A stretch of 64,000 nucleotides of DNA, taken from NCBI GenBank assembly GCA_026770705.1, contig JANJGN010000035.1, forward strand, positions 14,694,001 through 14,758,000. The letters run 5' to 3'. Positions 22,836 through 34,185 of this stretch are shown here, piece by piece. The first letter of the stretch is position 1, and each line of letters starts with the position of its first letter. The position numbers and the translations under genes are program-made. The notes below the pieces were generated by a model, which ran no database searches, was not told the DNA's origin, and worked only from the letters and a program-made list of their open reading frames with translations. The DNA comes from Isurus oxyrinchus. Taxonomy: Eukaryota.

Positions 22836-24902
22836 TGGGTGTGTTCCTCCACGTTTTTAAAAATAATCCGTGAATATTACAGCGCAGGGTTTGCTATTCA
22901 TATTTAATAATTCATTGGAAAAATATATGTTGTGAAAGAGGGCATGGCTGATAGGTAATGCAATTCCCACGTGATATTTCAAAGCGGTCGTTCATAATGA
23001 CTTTGCTTTAAAGTGTAAATTAAGGTGCAATTTTCGGCGGCAATTTTTTCATTCATTTGTCAGTTGCGGATCACCATCTACATGACATACTGCAGCAACT
23101 CTCCAAAGCTTCTTGTCACCGTCCAAACTCGCAGACTCCACCAAGGACATGGGCAAGCAGAGACATGGGTGCATCAATACCTGCAATTTCGTCTCCAATC
23201 CGCAGACCGTCCTGGTTTGGAACTCTATCGCCATTTCTTCACTGTTGTTGGATTCAAGTCCCTGTTCTGACGAAATCCTTGGATCTCCCGTCCTAATAGA
23301 ACTGTGGAAGTACCTAAACCACATGGCCAGCTCCTGTTCAAAGACATGGATCAGCACCTCCTTCTCCAGGGTATTGGGGATGAGCTACAGATGCTGGCAC
23401 AGTCAGTGATGCCCACGTCATAATTTTCATTGACAAGATTATTTCCACCCACTAAAACTGCTTAAAGATTTTGCCTTCTTTTGGTGAAAGTTGTGCAAAA
23501 GATCCCACAGCCCCATTGTGAAGAGGAGCAGGGGAGTAAAGCCTGAAGGCTTTTGTATATCATTTGATTAACAAGCAACAACAGACGTTCAGGACTGGAT
23601 CACGTACTTATTTTTGGGAGCTTTCCCATGGCAAATCAGTTCAATTTTGAACTAACTCAGTAATAGAGAATCAGCTTTTAAACTGAGGCCCGGGGAACGG
23701 ATGTTAATGTTGCTTTGTCAATGAATGAAAAATCTGTAAAATACACACTTTACAACAGTACCGGTGGGTAGAAAACAAATGTAATGATGAAAACATCAGA
23801 TTTGTCCTAGTAATAGCTTCAATAAATCAATGCAAAATTTTTTACCTGAAATGTTTCAAAACACCACGCCTCCAAGCAAAATTTTAAGCGGCATTTATAA
23901 AATATACGAACATCAGTCATATTTGAAGCTTCGGTGCCCTGGATGGAATTGAAACATTTTTGTTTTATTCGGGCTTCCAAAAAATCAGATTGAAATTCCC
24001 GTGAAGCACGGGACTCAGTGTAAATTGGATTGAGGATCACGAACCTCTGCTCAATATATTTCAAAGCGCCGACTTCAGACAAAAAAATACCACTTACGAA
24101 ATACAGGGATGGTGACAACACTTTTGATTACTTACAAGAACAGCACAGGCTGTGTGATTTGCAAATTTGAAGCGATGACCGAGCCCGGCTTGGAACCCGC
24201 CCCCCATCATATTAAAATTCTGATGTTTTACCGACTCTGATGTCTGGACTAGACGAGAGGTGAGTGCGCAGCGACCTCCGCCGGCTAAGATGGGACATTA
24301 CAGCGCGCACATTCTCTTTGCTTTGCAATCATCCAGTCTCTTGAACTTCTATCTCTCACACATCCTATCTCAGTGCCCCTACTGGTTCGGACACAAATCA
24401 TCACTGAAAACACGACCAGCTATAACCTTTTTCCCTGCTTCTGCCTTAAAAGGGCTCCGTGAGTGGAGCTAAGAGTAGAAATGTTAATTATGAGCTCAAC
24501 GCTGCTTAAAAGTCATGTATGAGATACATCCGAACCAGAAGCAGGGGTTGGCCAATCGGACCTTCAATACTATTCTGCCATTCAATAAGGTGATGGCCTA
24601 TCTGATCGCAACCTCCCGTCTACCCCGATAAACTTATCACCCACCCCTTGTTAATCAAAAATCCATCAGCATTAGAAACATTCAAAAGCTCTTCTTCTAC
24701 TACCTTATGAGGAAGAGGACTCCAAAGATGATTTCGAAAATACCATTCAATGCAAGTGAAAACACTGCCATCAGAAAACACTTTTCAATTCAAATAGAAT
24801 CAGCAGTTGGCAAATCTTGGAAATATCTTAAAAGCATTTGCAGAAATTGCTCGTGATTTCCGCAATTTACATGAGAATCGATAAGTTGCGGTAAAAGGTC
24901 AT

Positions 24903-24975
24903 CGCTTGAACAGGGACTTGAGCACTGGACCCTCATATTAAAAGCCTGATACTCTACTGACTGAGCTATCGGGGC
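24903..24975 (-). pseudogene. tRNA-Lys(TTT) pseudogene
   Basis: cgcttgaacagggacttgagcactggaccctcatattaaaagcctgatactctactgactgagctatcggggc; B-box and stems mutated. Confidence 0.85.
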
Positions 24976-25719
24976 TTTGATGCTGTGGCCGCACAGCGAG
25001 CTTTACTGGCTGACAGCGCACATTGCATCCTTCAGATTCTGCAATTTTCCTGCGGTCATCCACTGTATTCAGCGGCTTCCTCTCACGCAACCATTCTCAA
25101 TACCATCGCTAAATTCAATCACAATTGCTCTTCACAAATCCTAACCCGCCCATTTCACCCGAAAGTCCGGCCCGTGCCCATCAAACGTCTCCCATTTTCT
25201 TTGTAAATTTGGTGTGCTGCCTGATTGAATGATGAAAATATATAATATTCATCCAACAGACACATTTAGTTTATTTCAAACACATGCACGATATGCAAGG
25301 AGCAGAACGGATAAAAAAAACCCTCCTGAACGAATGTACGATAAAATGACTGCAGCGGACGAAACACAATCACAAAGTCGATTCATCGTGGATTGTTAAC
25401 GTGTCACTGACGTGGATGATTCGCATGAGAATCGAGAATTTCAATTAAAAAAGGCGGGCGAACAGGGATTTAGACACTGGGCCCTCAGCTTAAACACCTG
25501 GTGCTCTGTCCAGTGCGCTCTCCGGGGCAGCAACCGGAATTTTATATATCCACGTTCTCTGATGGCCTTCCAACCAGAACTCTGGGGGAACTGCAATCAT
25601 ATTCAGATTGCACATTTCTCGCCCGATCTTCCGACAGGGGCGGGGTGAGAAACCCGCACTGCAGCGGATTCACCGGGCCTTCAGCAGAGGGGGACTGAAG
25701 TCACGACCCCGCCGCCTCC

Positions 25720-25760
25720 ACCACCCTCCCCCCCCCACCACCCCCCCCCCCCCCCCCCCC
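25720..25760. repeat. Poly-C / C-rich tract
   Basis: ccaccctccccccccaccacccccccccccccccccccc; variable-length equivalents near 30715-30780 and 43310-43378. Confidence 0.9.
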
Positions 25761-26437
25761 CAACCTATTTCTTCCGGCACAAGCTACCCTAAACCAGTAA
25801 AGCAAAGTGGAGTTTGAGATTAAATAACACTGAAAATCTGAAGAAGGGAGATGCACACTCGAAACGTTAACTCTGTTTCTCTCTCCGTAGATGCTGTTAG
25901 ACCTGCTGCGTTTTTCCATATTTTCCCCTTTTTGTTTCAGGTTTCCAGCATCAGCAGTACTTTGCTTTTACCTAGAGCTTAAATAATCTAGGAACGCAAA
26001 AGACTAACGTTAAAATAATTTACAGGCGAGTACTTACAATGGAGGCAGCATTGTGGAAGGAGCGTGATGGGGTAGAAAGGTTGATACCCCCAAACAATGA
26101 GAGACAGACGGCAGGGATATTAAGTAAATACTTTGCTCTGCCATTTACAGCGAGATAACGCAGGGCTACGATCCTAGGCAATCAGCGGAGTGGGCCAGAC
26201 TGGTTCAGAGAGAGCACAGATTAATTTATGGGTTATCTAGAGAAGCACACGAAGCAGAGAGGGTCAGGGTTCGTGTGATTCTACTGCTCGCTTGTTAAAG
26301 GTAGTATTTTGGGAAGGAGATTTGCATTCGGAAAGTTGGCTGTGAGGAAGTCATCAAGGGCGTTTAGTAGGACCAGCTGCTCTCCGCAATCATCCTTGTT
26401 TAATTTCAGTTGCCATTTATTGGCCAAAAGGGAGCAC

Positions 26438-26511
26438 TGGTTCTATTGGGGATCAATCCCAAGCACAAGCTGCGCGCAAAGCAGACGCGGTAATCACTAT
26501 ACCATAGAACC
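26438..26511 (-). pseudogene. tRNA-Val-derived relic (anticodon position TGC)
   Basis: Minus strand GGTTCTATGGTATAGTGATTACCGCGTCTGCTTTGCGCGCAGC...CCCCAATAGAACCA. Confidence 0.75.
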
Positions 26512-29500
26512 CTGGCTTGGGCTCAATGTATGGAGATTCAGCCTGTGAAATTATGTTTTCAGTGTTTACATTTGGAAGGACTTCCTCAGACACCACCTCC
26601 TTGCTGACTGCACAAGTTCTTGCATTTGCCTTAAAGCGATGGTTCCCTCAATATTAATTATTGCTTTCAACCAGAGAGCCACCTTCGCACTCAAAAAAAA
26701 CAGGAAACATGAAGCAGCATTTAATTATTGCGGGCCGGGGGTCGGCGGGAATTGCAAAGGTGATGGCGTCTGGAAAGTAATTGTGAAGAAAGTCTGTGGA
26801 GTTGGGCGGTGGGGATGGGCGGAAGGTAGTGAGATAGGATGTGAGGCAAAAATCCGCTGAACAGACTTGGGAAGGGAATGCACAATTTGGACGATGCAGT
26901 GTTCACTGTCACCGAGTAGAGGTCGCTGTGTCAAACCGAACTGCGGTCCCGGGCAACTCAGTCGGTAGATTCTTAATATGAGAAACAAAAACAAAAATAT
27001 CTGGAAAAGCTCCGCAGGCCTGACAGCATCTGCGGAAACGGATACCGTTTCCTTTTCGAGCCCGTATGACTATTCGTCAGGACAGAGCATAGTTTTCAAG
27101 CCCTTGCTCGTGTATGTTGTTAAACCTGAATTATCGATTCTCTTGCAAATCAGTCTATTCCCGCGAATTCGCTCTCATCTCTTTAAGTTAGTTTAAAGAT
27201 TTGCGACATGCTGGCTGATTGTAAAAGGAAATATTTTAAGGTGCAATATTTTAAGGTATTATGAATTGTTCTTTTTTTCGAAATTATCAATTATTATTTT
27301 CATCCAGCCCCAAGTAACACGGCTATGCGAAGCTCATCTTCCCTGCTCTCCAAATTAAACTCATTAATCTCAATGAATTCCATCCATGAAACTTATTTTT
27401 GGAATATAATTTACATTATAACATTTTCTGAATTTATTTTGAAACTTTGCAGGCAACTTGATCTTTCGAACCGGTCGTTCCTAATGACTTTGCTTTAAAG
27501 ACTAAATTAAGGAGTGATTTCCGGTAACAATTTTTTCATTCATTCGCCAGTTGTGGGGTCCCATCTACAAGATGAATTGCAGCAACTCTCCAAAGCTTCT
27601 TAGCACAATCCAAACTCGTAAACTCCACCAAAGACAAGTGCAGGTGGAGGCGTGGGAATATCAACACCTGCAATTTCCCCTCCAACCCTCAGACCGTCCT
27701 AGTTTGGAACTCTATCGCAGTTTTTTTCACTGTTGTTCGATTCAAGTCTCTGTTCTGAATAAATCCTTGGAACACACTTCGTAATAGAACTGTGGATGTA
27801 CCTAAACCACCTGGGCTGCGCCGGTTCAAGGACGTGGCTCAGCAATGCCTTCTCAAGGTTATTGGGGATGAGCTACAGATGCTAGCCCAGTCAGCGATGT
27901 TCGCGTCATTATTTTGATTGACAAGCTGATTTTCACCCAATGATACCGCTTCAAGATGTAAAATGAGCATTGCCTTCTTTTGGTGAAAGATATGCAAACG
28001 ATCCCACAGCCCCATTTGTGAAGAGGAGCAGGGGAGTAAAGCCTGAGGGCTTTTGTATATCACCTGATTAACACAGCAAAAACAGACGGTCAGGGATGGA
28101 TCACATCATTATTTTTCGGAAGCTTACCCATGCCAAATCAGTTTAATGTTGAACCTACAAAGTGGTAGAGAATGAATCTTTGAAACCGAGGTCAGGGGAT
28201 CGTTCGTTGATTTGGCATTGTCAATGAATGAACACTCTGTAAAATACACACAGCAGTATCGGTGGGTAAAAAATAAATTTATTGATGAAAACATCAGACT
28301 TGTCCAAATCATAGCTTCAATAAACCAATGCAAATTTTTTTATCTAAAATGTTTCAGAACATCATGCCTCCAAGCAAACAAATAAACTACATTCAGAAAA
28401 TGTACGAACATGAAGCATATTTGAAGGTTTAGTGCCCTGGATGGAATTGAAACATGTTTGTTTTATTCAGACATCAAAAAAATCAGATTGAAATTCCAGT
28501 GAAAAACGGGACTGAATGAAAATAGCAATTGATGATTCCAGTACCTCTGCTCAATAGATCTCAAGGCGCAGAGTTCAGAAAAAAAATACCACTTACAAAA
28601 AACAGGGATGGTGACAACACTTTCGGTTACTTACAAGAACAGCACGGGCTAAGTGATTTACCAATTTGAAGCGGTGGCCGAGCAGGACGTTGAACCCTAT
28701 GTCCTCTCATATTAAAATTCTGATGTTTTGCCGACTCTAATGTCTGGACTAGACGAGAGGTGAGTGCGCAGCGACCTCCGCCGACTAAGATGGGACATTA
28801 CAGCGCGAACGTTCTCTTTGCTTTGGAATCATCCATTCTCTTGAGGTTCTATCTCTCATGCATCCTTTCTCAGTGCCCCTATGCGTTCGGTGCACAAATC
28901 CTCACTGAAAACACGACCAGTTACATCCTCTTTCCTTGCTTATGTCTTATTGGGGCCCCGCGAGTGGAGCTAAGAGTAGAAACTTTAATTATGAACTCAC
29001 CGCTACTTAAAAGTCAATGCGCACAAAGCAGGTCGAGCAGAAGAAGCACAGTTTGGTTTAATATAGCAGAATGAGATTAAAAGACATGGCAGGAGGCTCA
29101 AGCGAAGCAACAAAAAAAAGATGGCTCGAACTGGCTGTACAGTATGGTCTCTTCCTGTGCCATATTGCAAAGTATTTATTTCTGTTCTGGAGAATAAAAA
29201 TTCTGTGATTCTGCAGAACGGTATAAAAATGCGAGTGAAAATTAAAAGCAATTCGGAAGCAAGGACATTAACTTTAAACATTCAGATTTTTGAAAAACCT
29301 GATGCATTTCCAGCTCAATTATCCATGGTCCCACTTCAGTTTTACACCGGCACATTCACTGCCTGACATCCTGCACCTCATTTCCTATAGTGCAGCCTGC
29401 ACTGTGTATTCCTCTCACACAGCCACAAGTGCTGCCTCCCCGAGGCTTTACTTCCGAGAAGGTCAACGTAAAATATTCCGCGACCCCCCGAACACACCCC

Positions 29501-29907
29501 GTATGTATGAGATACATATGAACCAGAGGCAGGGGCTGGCTACTCGGCCCTTCAATACTGCTCTGCCATTGAATAACGTGATGGCCTATCTGCCGGCAAC
29601 GTCCCGTCTACCCCGATACACTTTCATCCACCCCTTGTTAATCAAGAATCTATCAGCATCAAAAGCATTTGAAGGCTCTTCTTCCACTACCTTATGAGGA
29701 AGAGGACGCCAGATAATTTCGAAAATACCATTCAATGCAAGTGAAAACACGGCCATCACAAAACACTTCTCAATTCAAATAGAATCAAATCTTGGAAATA
29801 TCTTAAAGGGATTTGCAGATCTTGGAAATATCTTAAAGACATTTGCAGTAATTGCTCATGATTTCTGCGATTTACATGCGAATCGATAAATAGCGCTAAA
29901 GACCCAT

Positions 29908-29980
29908 CGCCCGAACAGGGACTTAAACCCTGGACCCTCAGATTAAAAGTCGGATGCTCTCCCGACTGAGCTACCCGGGC
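29908..29980 (-). pseudogene. tRNA-Lys(TTT) near-intact, probable pseudogene
   Basis: 4 differences: A7G, T20G, A29C (anticodon-stem mismatch) and C56T (B-box). Confidence 0.8.
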
Positions 29981-31457
29981 ACTTGCACAGCTGCTGGATA
30001 GTAACCCTTACTTGCTGACAGCGAACAATGCATCCTTCAGATTCTGTTCTTTTCCTGCTGTCATCCACTGTCTTCAGCGGATTCCTCTCACGCACCCACT
30101 CTCAATACCATCGCTAAATTCAATCACAATTGCTCTTCGCAAATCCTAACCCGTCCATTTCACCCCAAAGTCCAGCCCGTGCCCATCAAACGTCTCCCAT
30201 ATTTCTTTGTAAATTTGGTGCACTGCCTGCTTGAAAGAAAAAAATATATAATCTTTATCCAACAGCCCCACATTTAGGTTATTTCAAACACATGCACAAT
30301 ATGCAAGGAGCCGAAAAGATATAAAACCCTCTTGAACGAATGTACGATAAAATGACTGTGCCGGACGAAACACAATCACAAAGTTGATTCATCTGGGTAG
30401 TTGTTATGTCACTAAAGTGGATGATTCTCACGAGAATCGAGAATTTAAGCAAAAAAGGCGGGCGAACAGGGAATTAGACGCTGGGCCCTCAGCTTAAACG
30501 GCTGGTGCTCAGTCCAATGCGCTCTTCGGGGCAGCGACCGGAATTTGATATATCCATGTTCTCTGGTCGCCATCCAACCAGAACTCCAGAGGAACTGCAA
30601 TCACATTCAGGTTGCGCATTTCTCACCCAATATTATGACAGGGGCAGGGGGAGTAATCCGCACCGCAGCGGGTTCCACGGGCCTTCAGCAGCGGGAGACT
30701 AAAGCCACGACCCTTCCCCCCCACCCGCACTGCGCCCCCCCCCCCCCACCCCACGCCGCCTCCACCTCCACAACCACCCAACCTATTTCTTCCGGCACGA
30801 GCTGGCCTAAACCTGTAAAGCAAAGTGGAGTTTGAGATTAAATAACACTGAAACACTGAAGCAGGGATATACACACTCAAAACGTTAACTCTGTTTCTCT
30901 CTCCACAGATGCTGTTAGACCTGCTGCGTTTTTCCATATTTTCCCCATTTTGTTGCAGATTTCCAGCAGAAGCAGTACTTTGCTTTTACCTAGAGCTTAA
31001 ATAATCTAGGAACACAATAGACTAACGTTAAAATATTTTACAGGCGAGTACTTACAATGGAGGCTGCATTGGAAAAGCATCGTAATGGGGTAGAAAGGAT
31101 GGTACTCCCAAATAATAAGAGACAGACGGCAGGGATATTAAGTAAATACTTTGCTCTTGCATTTACGGCAAGATAAAGCAGGGCTATGATCCTAGGGGAT
31201 CGGCGGAGTGGGTCAGACCGAGTCAGAGAGACAACAGATTAATTTATGCGTTATCTGGAGAATCACACGAAACAGAGATGGTCAGGGTTCGGGTAGATGT
31301 AATGCTCGCTTATTAAAAGTAGTATTTTGAGAAAGACATTTGTATTCAGCATGTTGGCTGTGAAGAACATATCAGGGGCATTTAGTGAGGACCAGCCGCT
31401 CTTCACAATCATCCTTGTTTAATTTCAGTTGCCATTTATTTGGCCAAAATTTACCAT

Positions 31458-31531
31458 TGGTTCTACTGGGGATCGATCCCAAGGACCTGCTACGTGCAAA
31501 GTAGACGCGATAATCACTATGCCATAGAACC
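31458..31531 (-). pseudogene. tRNA-Val-derived relic, TGC anticodon, perfect acceptor stem
   Basis: GGTTCTATGGCATAGTGATTATCGCGTCTACTTTGCACGTAGCAGGTCCTTGGGATCGATCCCCAGTAGAACCA. Other copies at 35612-35685, 40629-40702, 44052-44125, 46946-47019, 51794-51867, 56001-56074 and 59829-59900. Confidence 0.8.
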
Positions 31532-31952
31532 CTGGCTTTGGTTCTGTGAATGGAGATTCAGCCTGTGAAATTCTGTTTTCAGTGTTTGCATGTGGAAGGA
31601 ATTCCTAAGACTCCACCTATTTCCTGGTTGCACAAGTTCTTCCATTTGCCTTAAAGTGGTGGTACCGTCAATATTAATTAATGCTTTCAACTAGAGAGCC
31701 AACAACACCCTCAAAAACAGAGGAAAAATGAGGCAGCATTTAATGATTGTGGGCCGGTGACTGGCGGGAAGTACAAAGGTGAGGGCATCTGGAAAGTAAT
31801 TATGAAGAAAGTCTGTGGGGTTGGGCGGTGCTGGTGGGGGGAGGGTAGTGCGATAGGATGTGAGGCAAAAATCCGCTGAACAGACTTGTGAAGGAAAAGC
31901 ACAATTTGGACAATGTCAGCGACTAGAGGTCGCTGTGTCAAAACGCACTGGG

Positions 31953-32002
31953 GTCCTGGCTAACTCAGTCGGTAGAGCATCAGATTCAAGTCTCTGTTCT
32001 GA
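31953..32002 (+). pseudogene. Collapsed plus-strand tRNA-Lys relic (5' part fused to 3' end)
   Basis: gtcctggctaactcagtcggtagagcatca-GATTC-aagtctctgttctga; same junction at 52288-52338 and 56508-56557. Confidence 0.75.
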
Positions 32003-34112
32003 TTAAAACCTTGGAACTCCCTTCCTAATAGCACTGTGGATGTACCTAAACCGCATGGAGTGCGTCGGTTCAAGGACGTGGCTCAGCTCCGCCTTCTCAA
32101 GGGTATTGGGGATGAGCTACAGATGCTGGCCCAGTCAGCGATGCCCGCGTGATCACTTTGATTGACAAGCTTATTTCCACCCACTGACACTGCTTAAAGA
32201 TTTAAACTGAGCATTGCCTTCTTTTGGTGAAAGATGTGCAAAAGATCCCACAGCCCCATCGCGAAGAGGAGCAGGGGAGTAACGCCTGAGGCTTTCGCAT
32301 TTCATTTCATTAGCGCAGCAAAAACGGATGATCAGTCATGGATCACTTGGTTATTTTTTTGGAAGCTTATCCATGGCAAATCTGTTCAATGTTAAACCAA
32401 CTAAGTGATAGAGAATCAAACTTTTAAACCGAGGCCCGGTGATTGTTCGTTGAGTTGGCATTGCCAATGAATGAACACTATGTAAAATATACACTAACAA
32501 CAGTACCGGTGGATAGAAAGTAAATTTATTGATGAAAACATCAGACTTGTCCCAATAATCGCTTCAATAAACCAATGCAATTTTTTTCCTAAAATGTTTC
32601 GAAAAAACACGTCTCCGAGCAAAATTTTAAACTGAATTCAGAAAATGTACGATCATGAATCAAATTTGGATGAAATTGAAACATGCTGTTTCATTCAGGC
32701 ATCAAAAAAATCAGATTGAAATTCCCTTCAAGCACGGGACTGAATGAAAATAGGAATTGATGCTCCTGGAACCTCTGCTCAATATATTTCAAAGCGCCAA
32801 ATTCAGAAGAAAAATACAACTTACGAAAAACAGGGATAACACTTTCAGTTACTTACAAGAACAGCATGAACGAAGTGATATCAAAATTTGAAGTGGTGGC
32901 TGAGCAGTGCATAGAACCCTGCGCCCTCTCATATTAAAATTCTGATGTTTTACCGACTCAGCTGTCTGGACGATGTGAGAGGTGAGTGCGCAGTGACATC
33001 CACCGGCTAAGCTGGGACATTACACCAGACCACATTCTCTTTGCTTTGGAATCATCCAGTCTCTTGAGTTTCTATCTATCACGCATCCTTTCTCAGTGCC
33101 CCTATGGGTTCAGTGCACAAATCCTCACTGAAGACACTACCAGCCACATCCTCTTTCCTTGCTGCTGTCTTATTGGGGCTCCCTGAGTGGAGCTATAAGA
33201 AGAAATGTTAATTAAGAACTCATCGCTGCTTAAAGGTCAATGTGCACAAGGCACGTCGAGCAGAAGGTGCACAGTTTCGTTTATTATAGCAGGTTCAAAT
33301 TAAATGAGATGGCAGGAGGTTCGCGCAAAGCAACAAAAAAAGATTGCTCGGCTAGCTGTACAGTATTGCCTCATCCTGTGCCATATAGCGCATGCAATTA
33401 TTTCTGAACTGGAGACTAAAAATTCCCTGATTCTGCAGAACGGTATGAAAATGCGAGTGAAAATTAAAAGCAATTCGGAAACAAGGACATTAACGTTGAG
33501 CACTCAGATTTTTTTAAAAATCTGATGCATTCCCAGCTCAATTATCCATGGTCTCACTTCAGTTCTACACCGGCACATTCACTGCCTGACATCCTGCATC
33601 TCATTTCCCATAGTGCAGTCTGCACTGTGTATTCCTCTCACACAGCCACAAGTGCTGTCTCCCCGAGGCTTTACTTCTGAGAAGGTCACATAAAATATTC
33701 CGCGACCTCCCGAACACGCCCCGTATGTATGAAATACATATGAACCAGGAGCAGGGGCTGGCCACTCGGCCCTTCAATGCAGCTCTGCCATTAAATAATG
33801 TGATGGCCTATCTACCGGCAACCTCCCATCTACCCCGATAGACTTTCACCCACCCCTTCTTAATCAAGAATCTATCAGCATCAAAAACATTCAAAGTGTC
33901 TTCTTCCACTACCTTATGAGGAAGAGGACTCCAAAGATAATTTCGAAAACACCATTCAATGCAAGTGAAAACACGACCATCAGAAAGCACTTTTCAATTC
34001 AAATAGAATCAGTAGTTGACAAATCTTGGAAATATCTTAAAGGCATTTTCTGAAATTGCTCATGATTTCTGTGATCTACATGAGAATCGATAAGTGGCGG
34101 TAAAAACCGCAT

Positions 34113-34185
34113 GGTCCAAACAGGGACTTGAACCCTAGACCTTCAGATTAAAAGTCGGTTGCCATACCAACAGAGGTATTCGGAC
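34113..34185 (-). pseudogene. tRNA-Lys pseudogene
   Basis: ggtccaaacagggacttgaaccctagaccttcagattaaaagtcggttgccataccaacagaggtattcggac; D arm and acceptor decayed. Confidence 0.85.

Noticed and set aside
25608-25919. Poly-Pro / poly-Gly ORFs (also 30545-30937, 43147-43425)
   Set aside because: Translations of poly-C tracts.
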